This document shows, piece by piece, positions 57,434-64,000 of a stretch of DNA of 64,000 nt. The position numbers and the translations under genes are program-made. The notes beneath the pieces are model-generated. The model had not been told where the DNA came from and did no database searches. It was given only the letters and a program-made list of their open reading frames with translations. Source of the DNA: Tubulanus polymorphus. Lineage: Eukaryota; Animalia; Nemertea. How positions within the stretch are numbered: the first letter of the stretch is position 1; each line of letters opens with the position of its first letter. The stretch spans positions 5,858,600 through 5,922,599 of the forward strand of contig NC_134036.1 in the NCBI RefSeq assembly GCF_964204645.1. The letters run 5' to 3'.

Positions 57434-60400
57434 TTAACATGTTAGAATCCTTTTCATAATCTCATTTTCTTTTGTTTCTTCTCTTTTGAATTTTATATAT
57501 TCATCTAAATTGCAACCATAGGCGACTGTGTGGATTCCATCATCTAAAATATATCTTTTATCATCAAATGGGTTTAGACTTATCTTCTCTATCTCTTCAA
57601 TATACATTTCATGATCTTCAGATCTTAAACATTTCATTTTATGTTTTCTAACTTCTTCATTAAATATACAATTGATGTAATCTTTGAAATGAATATTCTT
57701 TTCTACTACACTTTTTGTTATTCCTTTTAACTTTTTAGCTTCATGTTCTTTAGTTTTATAACTATACATTTTAGATCTAATACCAATGAACTCTATCATT
57801 TTTCTTCACCGCCTAATTCATCCTTAAACTTCCCAGGAACTTTTTTATTATCATTGCTAAACAATTCATGATCTTTAGGATAGTTACTGAAATCAAAATG
57901 ATGATTTAATATTTTTAAATCATCAGTTATGTTATCACTTTTTATCTTTAATATGTAAGAATCTGTATCTAGATATAAGATTTCTATATTTTTTTCCCCA
58001 AAATGGGGATGCAATACATTATAATAGAATTCATACATCAATAGCTTTGATAACTCTAAAACCGATGCGCCAACATAAATAGGTTTATTGAATTTAATAG
58101 ACGTTCTCTTCATCGTAACTGCTGCTAAATTTTCATCGAATATTCTATTACCTATGAATTTCGGATACGATTGCAAATGTCTAATTCTTTTACCATTACT
58201 AACTAACTCAATATCATTTCTATTTCTTATGTTTTCACATGTTTTTCCATAGAACGCATTATTCATTAGTTTAAAGTAATCTTTTTCAAAATCAGTTTTA
58301 GCTTCAGTTCTCTGTGTAGTATTAAAATCTATATATTTTTCTAACCACTTAGATTGATTAAATGAAATATATCTATGTACTTTTTTTAGAATCATTCCTT
58401 GATTCAAATAAAACTTCAACATTCTATAATGTACTACATAATTATATTTATCTTCTTGAGTTACCATTAACTTTTCAGTATGAATATGATTATCGGGTTT
58501 AATTCTTTTTTGATAATTTGATAATTCTTCATGTTTAACAGTTTTATGTTCGGGACAATATGCTAGATTTCTAGATTTGAATTTAATATTTTCAGGGTAT
58601 TCTAAATCTACAACAAAGAAGTAACCAGTATCTGAATCATCTGCAATATCTAGGATTCTTTTCTTCCAATCAAATTTATCAATTTGTAAAACTTCAGTTA
58701 TTTCAAACATCCCATAAGGTTGTGGTTCCATCATTGCCCAACCATAAAGATTATTTGCATCTATGTATAATAATTTATATCCAGGATTATCATTTACATT
58801 GAAATATCTATCACCCAATACACCTGAAACACCTCCTCTTATAGATTTTTCAAATAATAGTAATTGATCTATATTTGTTAACAAATCCATTTTTATATCT
58901 GTAAATTTTGAACCACAATCCCATGTTAAACCTGGGCTAGAATAACAATGACAAGGATCAATATTAAAGTATTTTAGGTTTACATCTCTAAACCTTTCAA
59001 ATATATCGGTTAATAATAATACATCTGATTTTAAATATAAATCTACTAATTGTCCATGATTTTCTATTTTGAAATGATTCCAAATATTCAATGTTCTATT
59101 ATATACTTCATCTTTAACATATTCATTTTTTAATTCATCATAGAATTGTTCTTTCAATAATTCAGTTATTTTAAAATCATTATGATTTTTATAGAAAGAA
59201 TATGGAATTGCGCCTTTATATCTCATTAATTTAAAATCATCATAATTTGGGTAATATTCTTTTAATATCTTTAATTCATCATCAACTAATGATTTTGATA
59301 GATTGTCTAATGAACTATTTAAAAATCTATATGAATCTATAAATCTTAGACAACCAAATTGGAATGATATATAATTCTCAGATGTATTAGCTAACATTCT
59401 AAATTTATAAGTTGGTATTTTATCTTTTGATTTATTTGAATTTAATATTTCTATTTCATTATTGATTTCTTCTATTTTATAACATAGCTGTTTGATAAAT
59501 AAATGTGCATCATATCCTGATAGATTATGAAATATAACTGGTACAAAATTAATTTTCTTAGCTACAAGTTACAATTCTCATGTGCAGCGCCTCTAAACTT
59601 TCCATTCAAATGATCATGGTCTCTTACTTTTTTATCTTTATAATTAAATATCTTTTCACAATAATAACATTTATCTGCAAACGCAAATTCTTCTTTATCT
59701 TCTTCTATCATTATAATTTCTATATTTGTATTCAATAATTTACTAAATCTTATTTCATATTCAATTAATAAGTCACAAAAATGATTGATAACATTTTCAT
59801 TTCTATAATTATAATATTCACTTTCAATTAGTTCTGGATAATCAGATTTAATATATAATCCGAAAGCTGCAGCTGATTGATGAATCTTTTTAATTGTATT
59901 TGTTATTGGTGGTTCTTCTGAATAATCATTTTCATTGGAATTTAATTTCTTTCTTTTATAATATATATCTTTTCTATCTTGATCAGTTAATTCTTTATTT
60001 AATGATTCAAAATCTCCATATATTACAAATGGTACTTTATTTTTGTAATCATATTTTTTGAATTCTAATATTTTATCCTTTTCACTTGGTAAAACTAATT
60101 TACAATAATCATGATTTTCACATAATTGTTTATGATCTAATAATGTACTTTCATTACTGAATTTATGTAAACATTTTCTACATAGATATATTTTATTATG
60201 GTGATCACTTTCTGTTCTAAAGAATAAATCTATTTGTTTAATCCACATATAATGATTCTCAAAATATAATATATCTATAACCACGTTTGAATCATAATCT
60301 TTTGATAGGTATAAAGGTTCTAATGTATAATGTTTAATATTATTTCCTTTTGTATTTGGTAATTTAATTAAATCAAATACATTTATTTTAAGATTATTAT

Positions 60401-61466
60401 CTCTTTCTATTTTTGGAATATTTTTAATTCTAACAGGATATTTATCTATCTTATAATTATTTTCAAATTGTTTATAATGAGTTAATCTAAAACTATGTGT
60501 AATATCTTCTGTTGGATGTAAACAACTTATTATAGCCCATATAAAACATTTATTATCAAAATTTTGTATATTTATTACACCATTAGTTTTAAATGGTAGT
60601 TTAATATAACTTGTTCCATTTATATTATCATCTTTATAATATGATAAATTATTTTCATCAATTGGTTTTGATTTAGTTAACTTATTATATTTTGTGTTAT
60701 AAACATGTAAAGTTATAAATATTATCTCATCAAATATTAAACCAGATCCTTCAAAATATTTCTCTTCTATTTTAGTTTTTATTTCATTATAACATTTATT
60801 TAATTTATCATCTATATGTTGTTTAGATATAATATGTTGTGAATGAGAATTTATATTATATATTGGTTTATCTTCAGATTTTATAAACTTTACTTTAACT
60901 GATATACTAATTTTTGGATATTCTACGTTTGTAATTATTTTTATTATTTCTTTCATATTTTCTAAATGTTTTTTATTTTCTTCTATTGTTTTTCCTTTAT
61001 GAAATTTAAACTCGATAGCTGCTGGACCAATATCACTTTTAAATGCTTCGGTTATCTCTATATCTTTTTTATTATCTAATGAATTAATATAATTTCTTAC
61101 ATCTTCCATGTATGGTCTTTTATTGTTTAATTTATTTTTTATTCTTTTAATTGTCTTCTGTTTCTTATCGTTATCATTATCAAAATAATCTTCACCTAAA
61201 ATATCATTATTCTTATTTCTAATATGACTTATAGATTTTAAATGTTCTTTATAATATCTTTTATCACTGAATGATTGATTACATGTATCACATTTGTATG
61301 TTTCTTTTTCATTCTTTAATTCTTCTAATTTAGTTTCTAATATATCATCTTTATATTCTAGTTTCAATTTATTCTCTAAATGTGTTATAGTTTTATTGTG
61401 TCTTGCTTTTTGAGACTTGTCTATATCGATATTACATGTTGGGCAGTAGTATTTATTTGCTTCCAT
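57434..61466 (-). pseudogene. polB: Protein-primed family B DNA polymerase (pPolB) interrupted by two frameshifts (~59562 and ~57799)
   Basis: ExoI VIYGDFES, ExoII FHNLSGYDAHL (read in 59400-59560), ExoIII YLKSDVLLL, motif A YIDANNLYGWAM, motif B KLMNNAFYGK, motif C YLDTDS, EFIGIRSKMYS and C-terminal PFDDKRYI. Split across ORFs 59562-61466, 57796-59397 and 57434-57799. Confidence 0.95.
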
Positions 61467-61937
61467 TTTAATACTATATTTTTTATTAAAATTGATTTTA
61501 GAAGTTCAATGATTTAAATGAATATTTTAAGAGTAATAGGGGTAATAGGCTTTCATATCAAAGGTTTAATGATCGAGTTCATTAATAACATATATTAAAA
61601 GTAATTAAAAAACTATAATATATTTTCATAACCGCGTGCATTTCAGTTGAATAATAGAATAATTATTATCATTTGAATATATTTGATTATTTGAATTTGT
61701 GTATTGTAATTAAATCAATTGGTCGCGGAGCGGAGCGGTAGCGAAGTGGAGCGACTAATTGATTTAATACAATATGCTTTTTATATTATTGATATCTTAG
61801 AATAAATATTTAGTTTTGATATAAAATGCACGCGGTTATGAAAATATATTATAGTTTTTTAATTACTTTTAATATTTTGTTTTTTAATGGGCTCGACCGT
61901 TCGACCTTTGGTATGAAAGCCTATTACCCCTATTACT
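61353..61937 (-). repeat. Maverick right TIR (585 bp)
   Basis: Reverse complement of 43614-44198; includes the pPolB start and first 38 codons. Confidence 0.95.
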
Positions 61938-62169
61938 AACGTCGTTCAATCACATCATTGGATTCAGAGACCAGTAAATAAATATCTTAACCCGAATCGA
62001 TAAAGAAAAAAGCCACGCGTATAGATTTTGCTGCGGAATAAAATCCCCCAGGATCTTTGTAAACTAAAGGGATCAATACAAAAAGCAGTATTCATCCATG
62101 AAATGTTTCATATACTGTTTGCTCCGAACAAGACACAGAATCTTATGCATTTCTGTCATCAGTTTCCTT

Positions 62170-62520
62170 ACCGATTTTACAGTAGAATTTTTCCAGTCAC
62201 AACTTTACCGCACTAAGAGACAGAGTCTACTGTATTTCACAAACTCTTACTCAATATTTGACCCCAACTCGAGTTTGAATTTTTTCAACGCTGGACTTTA
62301 CCGCAGTAAGAGACAGAGTCTACTGTATTTCACAAACTCTTACTCAGTATTTGACAGCAACTCTACATCGATATTTGACAGCAACTCGGGGTAGAAATTT
62401 ACCAGTCTTAACTTTAATACAGTAAGAGACAGAGTCTACTGTATTTCACAAATTCTTACTCGATATTTGATACTAAACCGGGATAGAATTTTACCAGTCA
62501 CAATTAATAAGGCAGTAACA
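62170..62520 (-). repeat. 92-bp satellite family, reverse array
   Basis: taagagacagagtctactgtatttcacaaactcttactca repeated at least 3 times. Confidence 0.88.
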
Positions 62521-62740
62521 GACAAACACAACTCGTCTCGACGGTGAATTGAAATTAGGTCTTTACCGCGATTTCGGTTAATTCCAGAAATAACGAATCA
62601 TTTAAATATCACGAAAATAGAGGATTCCTCAGTCTTAAGGCAGGGATATTGCTAATGGATTTAATCGTTTAAGCTGCTGTGAACAATTCCGGTTCTGTAT
62701 GAGTATTTCGGGATATGTAGAAACAATTGGTTTAGTTTAA

Positions 62741-63254
62741 TCAATCCTTGTTTCTTTTCGTAATCGTAAACATCGCAATCAACTGAATCCGAAAGCGACG
62801 CCTCGAAGCGCAATAAATGACGAAATTACAAGACGCTACGATCATTCTTACTATATTTTGAATTTGGTTCATTATTGCGTAAGAGGAGCCTCGGCCAAGT
62901 TTTCCGTTAAGAGTTCGAATTAGATTTTGGATCGATGCTCTGAGATTAAAGGCTTTCTTCAGTAAATAGAAACATGAAATGATAATTAACGTCAGAGTTA
63001 AACTACGGTCACTGCTGCTGCAACTGCTGCTGTTAGAAGTTTGATTATTTGTAGACATGGTTTTTCTCGCTGCTCCTGCGCGTCTCAACGTGAAAATCAA
63101 TCAGATTCACGTGGAACGGCCTGTAATCCGAGTGATGGATGTATTTACACCGCGGATGAGGTTTAAACCCCGCCTTCTCGGTGGTGGTTGTCAGGTCCGA
63201 TCCGTTGAGGTCGAGAAACTGAGCGCCAACCGATACATTTTCTGAAGCCATCAT
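62741..63254 (-). pseudogene. Subfamily C GPCR pseudogene with a ~0.6-kb internal deletion (TM1-TM5)
   Basis: N-terminus MMASENVSVG...PFHVNL is joined out of frame to IFTLRRAGAARK... at ~63082; the region equivalent to ~39919-40532 is missing. Confidence 0.9.
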
Positions 63255-64000
63255 TTCAGTCTGTACACAGCGCAAGTCACTGATTGGTAATAGAAACAAT
63301 CGATTTGAGCTTCCTAGTCTATCGTTGTACAAAGAACCAACGACATCTCAAGTTATTAGCGATTTCCCAAAATCGGACATAAAACCAACAAACTGAACAG
63401 TCAAACTGAGTCAAGTGCGCGTTGACGCTGAGAGACTAGGATTCGATGTACAGCAGTTCTCGATTTGACACCCGAATGTGAAGACTATAAGCCTGCAATT
63501 TCAGTGTAGCGAACCTCTACCCATATATTACATTCAGATATTGGATATAGCTAGATCTGAATCGACAGTGAAAAAAACCATGCGCATATATCTTGCGTTC
63601 GGTAGATCAATATCTGCGAAATAACACTTGGTAAATGCACTAAATAGGTGTCAATATAGAATGTACAGTGTGTATCTCCTGCCCGACCCGGTTGGACTTC
63701 ACGAGTCCGGACTGGACCACGTTAAAGACAGAGCCGACCGCACTTCACAAACTCTTTCTAGATGTTTGACCAAACGTGTACATCATACATTGATTTTCTT
63801 GGTGAAGTTGTGGCTTATCATACTATCGCAAAGCAGTCACTCGTATTTGCCGATATTTTTTCACTAGGTGGCGTTGAACTAGAAGTGGGCATGTTGTCCC
63901 TAGCCCACTTTAGTTCCACTCTGTAGTTATTCAATTGGCCACGGGATGGACTAATTCAGGTTATTTCAAAGTTCAAAAACTCTTTACTACAAGCGGAAAA

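Larger units (their letters stand above)
43614..61937. mobile_element. Full-length Maverick/Polinton (endogenous polintovirus), 18,324 bp
   Basis: TSD AACGTC at 43608-43613 and 61938-61943. TIRs begin 5'-AGTAATAG. Encodes pPolB, DDE integrase, A32-type ATPase and capsid proteins. Sharply more AT-rich than the flanks. Confidence 0.97.

Noticed and set aside
59398-59561. An intron between the two large pPolB ORFs
   Set aside because: The gap is open in the downstream frame and encodes the ExoII motif FHNLSGYDAHL, so it is a frameshift and not an intron.
43614-61937. Contaminating viral or bacterial contig misjoined into the assembly
   Set aside because: A perfect 6-bp TSD and flanks that rejoin into a sequence homologous to the GPCR upstream unit indicate true integration.

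Overview
Eukaryotic (invertebrate, probably lophotrochozoan; an inference) genomic DNA with GT-AG introns. Left to right: (1) 3' exons of a cysteine dioxygenase gene (+). (2) A cluster of intronless rhodopsin-class GPCRs in three subfamilies (5 intact ORFs plus pseudogenes and fragments) showing birth-and-death evolution and gene conversion, with a 5'-truncated LINE. (3) A 14-exon, phase-consistent ZU5/UPA/death-domain (DTHD1-like) gene on the minus strand; one intron carries a 6.1-kb long-TIR element inserted inside the 3' splice site. (4) A complete 18.3-kb Maverick/Polinton endogenous virus (43614-61937, 6-bp TSD AACGTC, 585-bp TIRs) encoding pPolB (two frameshifts), integrase, packaging ATPase, major and minor capsid proteins, an HNH nuclease and a block of membrane proteins, but no recognisable adenain protease. 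The strongest candidate for novelty is this Maverick: 14 of its 16 genes start at TAAATG, the seven genes from the MCP through the membrane block have a T5-8/N6-7/TAAATG arrangement matching poxvirus late promoters, and each TIR is itself a 406-bp fold-back hairpin. Together these suggest a virophage-like, possibly membrane-containing polintovirus transcribed by a poxvirus/NCLDV-type machinery. All calls come from reading the sequence by eye; no database searches were run.
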